Shown: positions 54,344 to 63,345 of the stretch, in pieces | Layout: each line of letters begins with the position of its first letter | Position numbering within the stretch: position 1 is the stretch's first letter | Assembly: GCA_028818155.1 (NCBI GenBank) | Contig: JAPPOH010000005.1 | Location: 29,943-93,942 of the forward strand | Direction of reading: 5' to 3' | DNA from: Candidatus Woesearchaeota archaeon | GTDB lineage: Archaea; Nanobdellota; Nanobdellia; Woesearchaeales; UBA525 | Length of the DNA stretch: 64,000 bases | Program-made: the position numbers and the translations under genes | The notes under the pieces: generated by a model | Told to the model about the DNA's origin: nothing | The model's input: only the letters and a program-made list of their open reading frames with translations | The model's database searches: none

Positions 54344-54988
54344 TTGAATCCTCGATGCATGCATGAACGATCACTAGGGAGAACAGTTCACATTTCAGAC
54401 CCGAACCTTCCTAAACCAGTGGGAGAGTTTTTTCGAAAGTGTAGCTCTGACTATGCGATCTGGCAAGGGCAAGCGTATTCAATACGGGACAAATCGAGAA
54501 GAGGAGGTCTCACTCTCAGGATGGGACCAATAGGAAGTGTACCAGGTCTCACATGCGAAGATATCTACATCGAGCGCGTTGAGCGAGGAAGAATTCCTGT
54601 AAGTATGTATGAAATAACAACAGAAATACTACCCTTCGCGTGTTTCCCAGAAGGCACTCGTGATGAAGTCCTTAAATTTTCAAGATCTTCAGTAGCACGA
54701 CACGATATAATGCTAACAAGAGATGGAGATGATCTTATACGAACACAAGAGCAAGTAACACGCGTTACTGGAGCGTACCTGGATCGTGTTGAAGAGCATT
54801 TCTTAGGGAGAAAAATAGGTTACTCAGCACTTGAACCTCCATTTGAGGAACACCCAGACGGAGGATTCAGAATACCAAGCACTACTGCACGCATGCAGCT
54901 TCTCCAAAACGAGAGAGGTTATGATCTTCAAGTCACAAGTAATGGAGAAACCTGTGTCGCAGGTACGTTAGTCACAATACCCCAGTAA
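54344..54988 (+). CDS. hypothetical protein (214 aa)
   Basis: ORF-track ORF with no recognisable motif. Confidence 0.55.
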   Translation: MNPRCMHERSLGRTVHISDPNLPKPVGEFFRKCSSDYAIWQGQAYSIRDKSRRGGLTLRMGPIGSVPGLTCEDIYIERVERGRIPVSMYEITTEILPFACFPEGTRDEVLKFSRSSVARHDIMLTRDGDDLIRTQEQVTRVTGAYLDRVEEHFLGRKIGYSALEPPFEEHPDGGFRIPSTTARMQLLQNERGYDLQVTSNGETCVAGTLVTIPQ

Positions 54989-55029
54989 TTTTCGCATAGT
55001 TTTTTAAGCACCATTTCTAGCATGCGGTC

Positions 55030-56298
55030 ATGGGCGAGGCATGCGACGACTTATTCGAGAACGCATTACAGCAATTACACCAAGCGTTTGAGCATATTGA
55101 CGTTTCCGACGATGTAAAAGCACTTCTTACAGTGCCGAAAGAACTCGTCACGTTCAACATTCCTGTTCGCTTGGATAACGGAGACCTCAAAACATTCACA
55201 GCGCACAGAGTCCACTATAATGACGCGATTGGCCCCTGCAAGGGAGGTATTCGCTACCACGAGTCTGTCTGTCTGGGCGAGGTAAAAGCTCTTTCCTTCT
55301 GGATGGCAATCAAATGCGCGTTAGTGAACGTCCCCTTCGGGGGTGGCAAGGGTGGCGTGCAAGTGAACGTCAAAGAGCTCAGCAAGGCTGAGTTAGAAAG
55401 GGTCAGCAGAGGCTTCGTTCGAGGAGCGGGCGACTTTCTCGGCCCGGATAAGGACATCCCTGCCCCAGACATGTACACCACGAGCAAGATCATGCTGTGG
55501 ATGAGTGACGAGTACAACACGATTAAAGGATCGTACCAGCCAGCATTCATCACAGGCAAGCCAATCGAACTCGGAGGCTCCGAAGGGAGAGAGACGGCAA
55601 CCGCACGAGGTGCGTTCTTCTGCACGAGAGAATTAGCGAAGGCAAAAGAACTGGACGTCCAGAAAACAACAGTGGCCGTCCAAGGCTTTGGAAATGCTGG
55701 TAGTTATTTAGCAGCAATGCTCCACGACTACGGCTTTAAGGTCGTGGCAGTTTCTGACAGCCAAGGCGGCATCTACAAGAAAGCAGGGATAGACCCTGTC
55801 AAGCTCAAGTACATGAAGAAGAAGTGGAAGCTGTCTATTCCTGAACTAGCAAAGGACATGAAAGCGAAAAAGATCACGAACAAACAACTCCTCGAACTGG
55901 ACGTGGATATCCTCGCGCCCTCAGCATTAGAGAACCAAATCACGAAGAAGAACGCACGGAACGTCAAAGCAAAGTATATCGTTGAAGTCGCGAACGGCCC
56001 AACAACGCCGGCAGCAGATACAATTCTCGAGAAGAAAAAAATCTTGGTCGTTCCTGATGTGTTGGCGAACGCAGGAGGCGTGACTGTGAGCTATTTCGAG
56101 TGGGTGCAGAACAAAGAAGGGTACTACTGGGATGCGGACACGATCGACGATCGGTTAGAGAAGATCATGGTGCCTGCCTTCCATAGAACGTATGAATTAA
56201 TGACGGAGAAGAAGGTTTCTATGCGGACGGCTGCATTCTTAACAGCGATTCAACGGATTGCGAAGGCGGTGGACGCGAAGGGGCTTATTGGGGTGTAG
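55030..56298 (+). CDS. gdhA: glutamate dehydrogenase (Glu/Leu/Phe/Val dehydrogenase family)
   Basis: The active-site region KGGIRYHESV, the dimerisation domain and the NAD(P)-binding Rossmann segment GFGNAGSY are all present. Confidence 0.95.
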   Translation: MGEACDDLFENALQQLHQAFEHIDVSDDVKALLTVPKELVTFNIPVRLDNGDLKTFTAHRVHYNDAIGPCKGGIRYHESVCLGEVKALSFWMAIKCALVNVPFGGGKGGVQVNVKELSKAELERVSRGFVRGAGDFLGPDKDIPAPDMYTTSKIMLWMSDEYNTIKGSYQPAFITGKPIELGGSEGRETATARGAFFCTRELAKAKELDVQKTTVAVQGFGNAGSYLAAMLHDYGFKVVAVSDSQGGIYKKAGIDPVKLKYMKKKWKLSIPELAKDMKAKKITNKQLLELDVDILAPSALENQITKKNARNVKAKYIVEVANGPTTPAADTILEKKKILVVPDVLANAGGVTVSYFEWVQNKEGYYWDADTIDDRLEKIMVPAFHRTYELMTEKKVSMRTAAFLTAIQRIAKAVDAKGLIGV

Positions 56299-56635
56299 CG
56301 TATTTTTCTACGAGCGCTTTGAGATCGTCTGGCATAATTCCTTTCGGGATTTTTTCTTGGTATCTTTCTAGAGAACCAGGGGGAGCATCGCCAATACTAA
56401 CGACAGGAATGTTGCGGTAGTCTGCATAAGCAGGGTCTCGTTCGAGCGTGTCAAGGAACTCATCACCATTCTTCTCTGGCATGTTGTGGTCGAGGAGGAT
56501 CAGATCTGGTTTTTGTGCAAGTTGCTCTAACGCCTCAACTCCATTCTCAGCTTCAAGAACTTCGTGGTCTCGTTTCAATGCTATTCTCATTGTTGTCCGT
56601 GCCGCGGAGTTATCGTCAACGATGAGGACTTTCAT
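56285..56635 (-). CDS. stand-alone response-regulator receiver domain (CheY-like)
   Basis: VLIVDDN, LILLDHNMP and conserved downstream Thr/Lys positions. It overlaps the gdh end convergently by 14 nt. Confidence 0.85.
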   Translation of the reverse strand: MKVLIVDDNSAARTTMRIALKRDHEVLEAENGVEALEQLAQKPDLILLDHNMPEKNGDEFLDTLERDPAYADYRNIPVVSIGDAPPGSLERYQEKIPKGIMPDDLKALVEKYATPQ

Positions 56636-56659
56636 ACGAATTGGGTTTCGTCATCACTC

Positions 56660-57172
56660 TTAAATGTTGTAGATTTTCCTATATAAAAGAATGAATACGT
56701 CCTTCTCGACTTTCAAGCCTGCTTTCACGAGTGCTTCTGCTAATTTCTCCCCTCGTGTCTCTTCTTCCACAGGTTTAAATTTAAAGAGCGCGCGGAACGT
56801 ATCGGTGCTCAAATAGCCGTCGTGCATTTGAATCACGGCAGCTTTTCTTTTGAGAACGTTCCCTTTCATGAGATCCACGGAGAATCCGTCTCGCGCGGGT
56901 GGTTTTCCAAGAAAGCCATGCAGCCAGAGACAGTGCTGGACAAGGTCCCTGATGATTTTTTTCAAAGGGGTGTTGTTCATGTAACTTTCTAACTCGACGT
57001 TCTTCCACTGAGTAAAAGACATCTCTTGTAATTTCTCAGGCTTGTACAGCGCGCCAAGGTACTTCTTCACGCGCTGCTTCGTCTTCCCATTCTTCCACGT
57101 GTTCTCGACGAGATACGCGTATTTTTTCCCTGAGATCGTTTTGACGCGAATGAACATGGTGCTTTTAGGCAC
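56660..57172 (-). CDS. hypothetical protein (170 aa) whose N-terminus (RVKTISGKKYAYLVENTWKNGKTKQRVKKYLG) resembles the N-terminal motif of IS1634/IS4-type transposases; no DDE domain
   Basis: Motif resemblance from memory only; the remainder is unrecognised. Confidence 0.5.
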   Translation of the reverse strand: MPKSTMFIRVKTISGKKYAYLVENTWKNGKTKQRVKKYLGALYKPEKLQEMSFTQWKNVELESYMNNTPLKKIIRDLVQHCLWLHGFLGKPPARDGFSVDLMKGNVLKRKAAVIQMHDGYLSTDTFRALFKFKPVEEETRGEKLAEALVKAGLKVEKDVFILLYRKIYNI

Positions 57173-57189
57173 CAGCTAATATTTAATGA

Positions 57190-57393
57190 TTATGCTTGCA
57201 ACTCAGTCATTTTCTCAGGCGTTAGCACTTTGCTCGCATTCAGAATCTCAATCCCGAGTAGTTTCCCCTTCTCATTCAAATCAAGTACAATATCTTTGTC
57301 TAACTCCATAGTTTTCTCCACAGCGCTGTCAGCGACCGGATAGGTTACATAGAGATAGCCAGCATCCACTTCTTTGTCGTACTCGAATTTCAT
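57190..57393 (-). CDS. DUF2283-family small protein (67 aa)
   Basis: MKFEYDKEVDAGYLYVTY...LDLNEKGKLLGIEILNAS is a canonical DUF2283 pattern. Confidence 0.65.
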   Translation of the reverse strand: MKFEYDKEVDAGYLYVTYPVADSAVEKTMELDKDIVLDLNEKGKLLGIEILNASKVLTPEKMTELQA

Positions 57394-57469
57394 ATAAGAT
57401 CATTTCCACTCCTTGTTTAAAATTCTTCTCCCCCAACCCTTAAATAACACATTCTCATTCCCACAGCTG

Positions 57470-58609
57470 ATGATGGACATCCCATACGAGCAAGCTGTTG
57501 AAAAAATAACAACAGAAGCGAACACTTCTGCAGAAGAGATCGAGCAAAAAGTCAAAGCGAAGCTCGAAGAACTCTCCGGACTCATCAGCAAGGACGGCGC
57601 GATCCACATCGTCGCGAACGAACTTGGCGTGAAACTTACACCAGAGGTGAAAGAGAGTGGTGGTGAGGTCACTATCTCGTCTTTAACAGTCGGCATGCGA
57701 GGCGCAATCGTCACAGCGAAAGTCTTGCAAAAGTACGACGTGAAAGAGTTCGATAAGAACGGCCGCCAAGGCAAGGTGGCGAGCATGCTCGTCGGCGATG
57801 CCTCCGGAATAACACGGTTAGTCTTCTGGAACGACCAAGTGGAGATCTTCCAAGAGCTCAAAGAGAACGATATTCTGAAAGTCACGAACCCGTTCGTGAA
57901 GGAATCGTACATGAAGGATAGGCTCGAGCTCCAAATGAACGATCAGTCACAACTCACAGTCAATCCAGAAGGGGTGACTGTCGAGGTCAAACCACGAGAA
58001 ACGCAAGATAGAACGCCCAAGTACATCAAAGACCTACAAGGCGGCGAGCAAAACATTGAAGTTGTGGCAACCATCGTCCAGGTCTTTGACCCTGTGTATT
58101 ACGACGCGTGCCCGGAATGCAGGAAAAAAGCAGAGAACAACCTCTGTCCGACGCACGGGGAGGTCACTTCTGAGCCAAACTTCAACGTGAGCCTGTTCAT
58201 CGACGATGGCACAGGAAATATTCGCACGAGCTTCTGGAAGAAACAGGCGATCCAACTCACTGGGTTAACAGACGAGCAGATGGTCTCGTTCAGAGAAAAC
58301 CCTGCCGGGTTCGAGGAGAAAAAGAACGATCTTCTTGGTGAAATCATCAAGGTTGTAGGGAGTGTCAAGAAAAACGAGCAGTACGATCGTATCGAGATGA
58401 ACGCACAATTAGTGTTCACTGACGTGGATCCTGCTGTCGAGATGAAGAACCTCGAACAGAAGTTCGAGAGTAACAGAAAGGAAGCACCAACAGAGACCCC
58501 GAAAGAGGAACCGAAGATGGAAGAACCTGTTGTGGTAGGCGAGACAGCAAAGCCTAAAATCAAAGAAGAAGTTATCTCTCTGGACCAGCTCGAGGAGATG
58601 GGGAAGTAG
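57470..58609 (+). CDS. RPA-like single-stranded DNA-binding protein (OB fold + C4 zinc ribbon CPEC...CPTHG, Lys/Glu-rich tail)
   Basis: The OB fold GMRGAIVTAKVLQKY...ASMLVGDASGITRLVFWND is followed by a zinc ribbon. Start taken at MDIPYEQ; the ORF-track start 57413 is less likely. Confidence 0.65.
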   Translation: MMDIPYEQAVEKITTEANTSAEEIEQKVKAKLEELSGLISKDGAIHIVANELGVKLTPEVKESGGEVTISSLTVGMRGAIVTAKVLQKYDVKEFDKNGRQGKVASMLVGDASGITRLVFWNDQVEIFQELKENDILKVTNPFVKESYMKDRLELQMNDQSQLTVNPEGVTVEVKPRETQDRTPKYIKDLQGGEQNIEVVATIVQVFDPVYYDACPECRKKAENNLCPTHGEVTSEPNFNVSLFIDDGTGNIRTSFWKKQAIQLTGLTDEQMVSFRENPAGFEEKKNDLLGEIIKVVGSVKKNEQYDRIEMNAQLVFTDVDPAVEMKNLEQKFESNRKEAPTETPKEEPKMEEPVVVGETAKPKIKEEVISLDQLEEMGK

Positions 58610-59252
58610 CTCTTCTGAGCGGCTGCGCTCCCGACCACATGTCTATAAGTCGTATAAGCCGAATACCTTCTCTGTCTAATACTTGTTTCTGCGTGATACC
58701 ATGTTCTCGCATTCCTGCTCGCATGGTACTGCGTGTTGGCTCAAATGGCAAAGTCCCTTCTTCATACATGCGCTGCAGTCCTCGAAGAACATACCCGTTT
58801 CTTCGGTAGGAATTCATTAATTTTGCTCCAATAAGGCCGCATGCAACCCCAACACTCGGATAGAGCACAAGCGATGTAATAACGTCCATACTTGCAGAGT
58901 GCCCTGGCTCAATATAAACATTTCTAAAATTCTCAAATTATAGATCAAGCAGCTTCTCTAATCTTCCAACAGTAAGCAAGTTTGGTTGATGAGGAAGTCT
59001 CCCTTGCGCGCCCAATCGAGCGAGCTCATCAACTCATTCACATCTGTCGTTGTACAAAGTAACAGGATTTCTTATAGTATCAACACCAGCAACAACCGCT
59101 GCAGCAGTCACTCCATATAGTGCAGCAACGCCGAATGTGACTGTGAGCTCGTTGACAAGATATGACATGTTTGTATCATGGCTGACGAGAATAAAAACGT
59201 TCCCCTAAAGCTTTATAAACTCCCAAGTCAGGAATATACTTGGTGATATATT

Positions 59253-59447
59253 ATGGGCGGTAATAAATGTAAATGTGTAATGGGAGTTCTTTTGCTGCTT
59301 GTTGGTCTTTTGTACCTCGGAGCAGACATGGGCTGGTGGTCCTTCTGGACTGTGAGCTGGTGGACGATGGCATTCTTGTTCATGGGTCTGTGCAAATGCA
59401 TGGCGAGCATGTGCTGTGATAAGGGTTCCTGCAAGACAAAGAAATAA
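59253..59447 (+). CDS. small Cys/Trp-rich membrane protein (64 aa)
   Basis: Two hydrophobic segments and a CKCMASMCCDKGSCK tail; weak. Confidence 0.35.
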   Translation: MGGNKCKCVMGVLLLLVGLLYLGADMGWWSFWTVSWWTMAFLFMGLCKCMASMCCDKGSCKTKK

Positions 59448-59476
59448 CTTCTATTTTTTTTCTTTTTCTTTTTACT
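59448..59476. terminator. bidirectional T/A-rich tract between convergent genes
   Basis: TAACTTCTATTTTTTTTCTTTTTCTTTTTACT. Confidence 0.35.
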
Positions 59477-60404
59477 ATACTTCAAAAACACACTTCCTAG
59501 GCTCTCGTGCTTTGTACAGACGTTCTATCCGGTTACTCGCAACGGTTGAACCAAGTTCACGAGCATGCATAAAATGTTCTGCAGCCTTCTCTTCCCTCCC
59601 TTGTCGTTTCGCCAGATCTCCTAATTGGATGTGTGGCGCGGGCTCACTAGGCTCAAGTTCTGCACTCGCAGAAAAAGCACTATGAGCGTTCATGGAAGTA
59701 GATTGCTGGTGTGTCACCTGTAACAACTGGTAACGTCGTCCAACATGATAAAAATCACTCGCACTCTCTGCTGTTCTTCTTAATTCTCTCACTCGCATTC
59801 GCTCTCGCACCGTAAGATCTCTGTAATATTGTGCAGCTCCATGTTTGCCATCGTGTACGATAGTGAATGGTGAAAAGAGTTCTCTGTCAGGCGTGACGTC
59901 GTTTTCTGCTATTGTGCCGTGTTCTTTGCCTGGTACATACACTGGACTCTCCCATATGATTCCATCATATCCTGTTCCTCGCCGAAAGAGAAACTCACGA
60001 TTGCATCGAAAATCCCTCCCTTCAAGGTAGACTTCTCGTGCACGAATGATGTCATATGTTCCATCTTCTGTATCAACAAAAGAACGAAGAGCATCCAAAT
60101 CTCGCAAATCTGGTCGCATGTCTTGGTGTAGACGCATACTCCAATCAGCATTTGCTTTCTCAAGTAAGGTGTTTATTGCGTGACTAAAGTTGTTTTGCCA
60201 TTCGTACGGAAATACAGTGACTGGTATCGACCAGTCTGCAACAGTAGCTTCCACAATCTCTTGTGTGCTGTCTGTTGTCTGTGTGCTGATTCCTATGACT
60301 GCTTCGTCAAGAATAGGCCTGAGAAGTTTTAGTGTTCTATCTATTTTGAGTGCTGATGCTTCGGCATTGTTGAGGAGTGCACAAACTGCAAGAGTTTTTC
60401 CCAC
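59475..60404 (-). CDS. putative glycosyltransferase-like protein (309 aa; GTG start; leaderless-type promoter)
   Basis: N-terminal region LAVCALLNNAEASALKIDRTLKLLRPILDEAVIGISTQTTDSTQEIV resembles a GT2 Rossmann start. TATA box TTTAAATA at 60428-60435 lies 24 nt upstream of the GTG. Confidence 0.5.
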   Translation of the reverse strand: MGKTLAVCALLNNAEASALKIDRTLKLLRPILDEAVIGISTQTTDSTQEIVEATVADWSIPVTVFPYEWQNNFSHAINTLLEKANADWSMRLHQDMRPDLRDLDALRSFVDTEDGTYDIIRAREVYLEGRDFRCNREFLFRRGTGYDGIIWESPVYVPGKEHGTIAENDVTPDRELFSPFTIVHDGKHGAAQYYRDLTVRERMRVRELRRTAESASDFYHVGRRYQLLQVTHQQSTSMNAHSAFSASAELEPSEPAPHIQLGDLAKRQGREEKAAEHFMHARELGSTVASNRIERLYKAREPRKCVFEV

Positions 60405-60664
60405 GAAGGTGTAAACAGCAAGGAGTATTTAAATATAACTATTATAACTACTGAAGAGTGACTATAGAAAGCACTGGACACATAGTTTCTCGTCGATAAA
60501 ACAGTGAAATCACCACTGGACATGTACGCGTGGCGTATTTAAATGAAATCTGTCTCTTTGTTCTTGTTGGAAACACCAACACCCCCCTTTCGGCTGCTGT
60601 GGACTCCCACCGCTGTACCACTCTCGCGGTGGCCCACAACTCCTTTCCCGAAAGATGAAACAAA

Positions 60665-61480
60665 ATGAAAAACAAACACTGGCCAAAAACGGATATTGAG
60701 TATATGAAGAAGCATTACTCAGATATGGAAGATGAATATCTTGCTTGGTTTTTCGGAAGAACACCTAATGCAGTACGTATTATGGCTCACAGACTTGGTT
60801 TGAGTAAGAGATCTGTTCAATACAGACTGGGTTTGAAATTAACGCAAGAAGAAGAACAAGTTATTGTTGGAGGTCTTCTAGGTGACCTACATTCAAGAGT
60901 TACAAAGACAGCAAAAAATCCAAGACTAGAAGGTGGTCATGGATTCAAGCAGAGAGAATACATGCTTTGGAAAGTATCGCTTTTGAAGAGATTAAAATGG
61001 TGGATTTACAAGACAAAAATTAATACGTATTCCTACCAGAGTAAAAATTTTCCAGCACTCTGGAAGTATCAAAATTTATTCTACCCAAATGGTGAGAAAA
61101 TTATCACAAGAGAGACTCTTGATCTTCTTGATGATTTTGGTGTTCTTATTTGGTATCTTGATGATGGATCATACGTTAAAAAAGATAAATCATGTCGTTT
61201 CCACACGAATGGCTTCTCAGCTAACGAGCAGAAAGAGATTCTTTGGTGGTTTAACGAAAAATACAGTATAAATCCAAGAATTCATACACAAAGAGACTCA
61301 AAAAACTACCCTGGAAAAAAATGGGAATACATCTACATATCCCGAAAAGATACGAAAAAATTATTCAAATCCCTTGAAAAATTCGAAATTCCTGACTGTA
61401 TGCGATACAAATTCGGTCGGAATTTATCACACTCCACTAATTTTCACGAGCAAGAAGCTATGGCTCCGAAAATTGGGTGA
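60665..61480 (+). CDS. free-standing double-motif LAGLIDADG homing-endonuclease-like protein (I-SceI-like) with N-terminal HTH extension
   Basis: Motif 1 VIVGGLLGDLHSRV and motif 2 LIWYLDDGSYVKK (compare I-SceI GLILGDAY / WFMDDGG). N-terminal HTH LAWFFGRTPNAVRIMAHRLGLS. Not embedded in any host ORF. Confidence 0.8.
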   Translation: MKNKHWPKTDIEYMKKHYSDMEDEYLAWFFGRTPNAVRIMAHRLGLSKRSVQYRLGLKLTQEEEQVIVGGLLGDLHSRVTKTAKNPRLEGGHGFKQREYMLWKVSLLKRLKWWIYKTKINTYSYQSKNFPALWKYQNLFYPNGEKIITRETLDLLDDFGVLIWYLDDGSYVKKDKSCRFHTNGFSANEQKEILWWFNEKYSINPRIHTQRDSKNYPGKKWEYIYISRKDTKKLFKSLEKFEIPDCMRYKFGRNLSHSTNFHEQEAMAPKIG

Positions 61481-61511
61481 AACAAGATCCGAAAGGAAAG
61501 GAGGTATATAA

Positions 61512-61784
61512 ATGGAACAAACATATCAGTTCAAACCTGAACAAAAGGCAATGCCAGTGAAGAGCTTCAAAGCAGGAGCCCTACAAATAGCCATCTGGGA
61601 GAACCAGAGCGAGATTAACGGGCAACCACAAAGCTACAAAACCGTTTCTTTTGACCGCCGCTATAAGGATAAAGATGGCAATTGGAAATCTACGAGTCAG
61701 TTACGATTGAACGACCTGCCAAAGGCAGCACTGATTCTCAACGAAGCGTACAAGTATTTGGTACTCACAGAACCAAATGAATAA
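61512..61784 (+). CDS. small hypothetical protein (90 aa) with strong SD (AGGAGGT), stop overlapping the radA start
   Basis: ORF-track ORF with AGGAGGT 10 nt upstream and a TAA inside the radA ATGAATAA. Confidence 0.6.
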   Translation: MEQTYQFKPEQKAMPVKSFKAGALQIAIWENQSEINGQPQSYKTVSFDRRYKDKDGNWKSTSQLRLNDLPKAALILNEAYKYLVLTEPNE

Positions 61785-62793
61785 AAACCACGAGGTACTC
61801 ACGATGGAACAAGAGGTAATTATGGAAGAAGAAATCACAAAGGCACCAGAACAAGACACGGTGAAGGACATGACGGTCATGGACCTTCCAGGCGTCGGTG
61901 CTGCAACAGCAGAAAAGCTTGAGAATGCAGGATATGATGACCTGATGAGCATTGCAGTCGCATCCCCAGGAGAGATTGTGAATGCATCCGGTGTCTCAGA
62001 GTCTGTGGGCAGGAAGCTCATTCAAGCTGCAAGAGCTTCATTAGAAATGGGCTTCACCAGCGGCGAAGACCTCATGAAAAAGCGAGAGACAGTCGAGAAA
62101 ATCAGCACGAACGTGCAAGATTTCGACAGAATCCTCGGCGGCGGCTTCGAAACGGGCTGCATTACCGAATGTTTTGGCCAGTATGGGAGTTGCAAGACGC
62201 AAATTGCACATCAACTTGCCGTGAATGTCGTCGCACAAGACCCAGAAGGCGTGACAGTGTTCATTGACACGGAAAACACCTTCAGGCCTGAGCGAATCAA
62301 ACAATTTGCAGAGGGCAAAGAACTTGATGGCGATGAAGTGCTGAAAAACATTCGTGTTGCGAAGGCATACAACTCCGATCATCAAATGTTGTTAGCTGAA
62401 AAGGTTGAGGAGCTCATCAAAGATGGCGTGAAGGTTAAGGCAGTTGTTGTTGATAGCCTGACAGCACACTTTCGAGCAGAGTTTGTCGGACGAGGCACGT
62501 TAGCTGAGCGACAGCAGAAGATCAACAAGCACATGCGAGTATTATCAAAGCTTGCAGACCGCTACAACATTGTTGTGTACGTGACAAATCAAGTCATGGC
62601 GAAGCCAGACGCGTTCTTTGGCGACCCAACAGAAGCGATCGGCGGTCACATCGTTGGACATAACAGCACGTTCAGAGTCTACCTCAGGAGAGGCAAGAAA
62701 GGCACGAGAGTTGCGAAACTTGTTGACGCACCAAACATGCCTGACGACGAAGCGGTCTTTATGGTAACTGAGACGGGCATTATCGATGTCTAA
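61777..62793 (+). CDS. radA: RadA recombinase (archaeal RecA/Rad51 homolog)
   Basis: N-terminal HhH DLPGVGAATAEKLENAGY, Walker A GQYGSCKTQ, Walker B VVVDSL, L1/L2 regions. Confidence 0.95.
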   Translation: MNKNHEVLTMEQEVIMEEEITKAPEQDTVKDMTVMDLPGVGAATAEKLENAGYDDLMSIAVASPGEIVNASGVSESVGRKLIQAARASLEMGFTSGEDLMKKRETVEKISTNVQDFDRILGGGFETGCITECFGQYGSCKTQIAHQLAVNVVAQDPEGVTVFIDTENTFRPERIKQFAEGKELDGDEVLKNIRVAKAYNSDHQMLLAEKVEELIKDGVKVKAVVVDSLTAHFRAEFVGRGTLAERQQKINKHMRVLSKLADRYNIVVYVTNQVMAKPDAFFGDPTEAIGGHIVGHNSTFRVYLRRGKKGTRVAKLVDAPNMPDDEAVFMVTETGIIDV

Positions 62794-62796
62794 CTT

Positions 62797-62812
62797 TTTT
62801 TTTCTTTTCATA
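62797..62812 (+). terminator. oligo-T tract after radA
   Basis: TTTTTTTTTCTTTTC directly after the stop. Confidence 0.4.
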
Positions 62813-62847
62813 TAACTATATAAACAACGATAGCCACTCGAGTAATA

Positions 62848-63015
62848 ATGGAAAAAAGTGAACTAGATATGGAAGCGCTCAAAGCGAAGATGGAGCTATT
62901 AGATACTGAACCGATGTCTCCCGAAGATGAGAAATTCTTAGAACAAGCGCTAGAGGCAGATAAAAAGGGAGAAACGATATCACTCGAGGATCTTAAGAAA
63001 GAACTCGGAGTGTAA
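62848..63015 (+). CDS. putative antitoxin (55 aa, acidic), partner of downstream RelE-like gene
   Basis: Manual translation gives MEKSELDMEALKAKMELLDTEPMSPEDEKFLEQALEADKKGETISLEDLKKELGV. Its stop abuts the toxin ATG (TAAATG). Confidence 0.5.
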   Translation: MEKSELDMEALKAKMELLDTEPMSPEDEKFLEQALEADKKGETISLEDLKKELGV

Positions 63016-63270
63016 ATGTTCAAGCTGAAGATAGATGTTCAACCTAGAAAATTTCTTCGAAAATGTGACATGAGGATACGGGCAAGATTGACGAGATCTC
63101 TCAAAAATCTCACTATTGATCCTTTTCCCCCAGATACAAAACGTATCGTAGGAAGAAAACAAAAAGCATTTAGAAAAAGAGTCGGAAACTGCAGAATTTT
63201 GTATACTGTTAACTTCACTGAGAAGAAAATCGTAGCCTTTAAAATCGAAAAACGAGAAAGAGCGTACTAG
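63016..63270 (+). CDS. RelE/ParE-family toxin (84 aa)
   Basis: C-terminal KRVGNCRILYTVNFTEKKIVAFKIEKRERAY matches the RelE pattern RVGDYRIIY...IxHRKDVY. Confidence 0.75.
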   Translation: MFKLKIDVQPRKFLRKCDMRIRARLTRSLKNLTIDPFPPDTKRIVGRKQKAFRKRVGNCRILYTVNFTEKKIVAFKIEKRERAY

Positions 63271-63345
63271 AAATCATAAAATGGACAATATTATCCAAAT
63301 ATGGATAACGTTGAGGGAGATTGACAGAACAGTAACTTCTTTAAA

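Noticed and set aside
57400-57912. Minus-strand 170-aa ORF overlapping the RPA-like gene.
   Set aside because: It is antisense to an ORF with clear OB-fold and zinc-ribbon motifs and has low-complexity Ser/Phe-rich composition.
58572-59170. A possible frameshifted membrane-protein pseudogene: the minus-strand ORF 58572..58889 plus an upstream 44-aa hydrophobic ORF at ~59035-59170.
   Set aside because: Joining them needs two frame changes and neither part has recognisable homology. I cannot support it without database comparison.
306-62793. Possible inteins in Orc1, RadA or other replication proteins.
   Set aside because: Orc1 (430 aa) and RadA (338 aa) are of normal length with contiguous motifs. 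The LAGLIDADG gene is free-standing rather than embedded.
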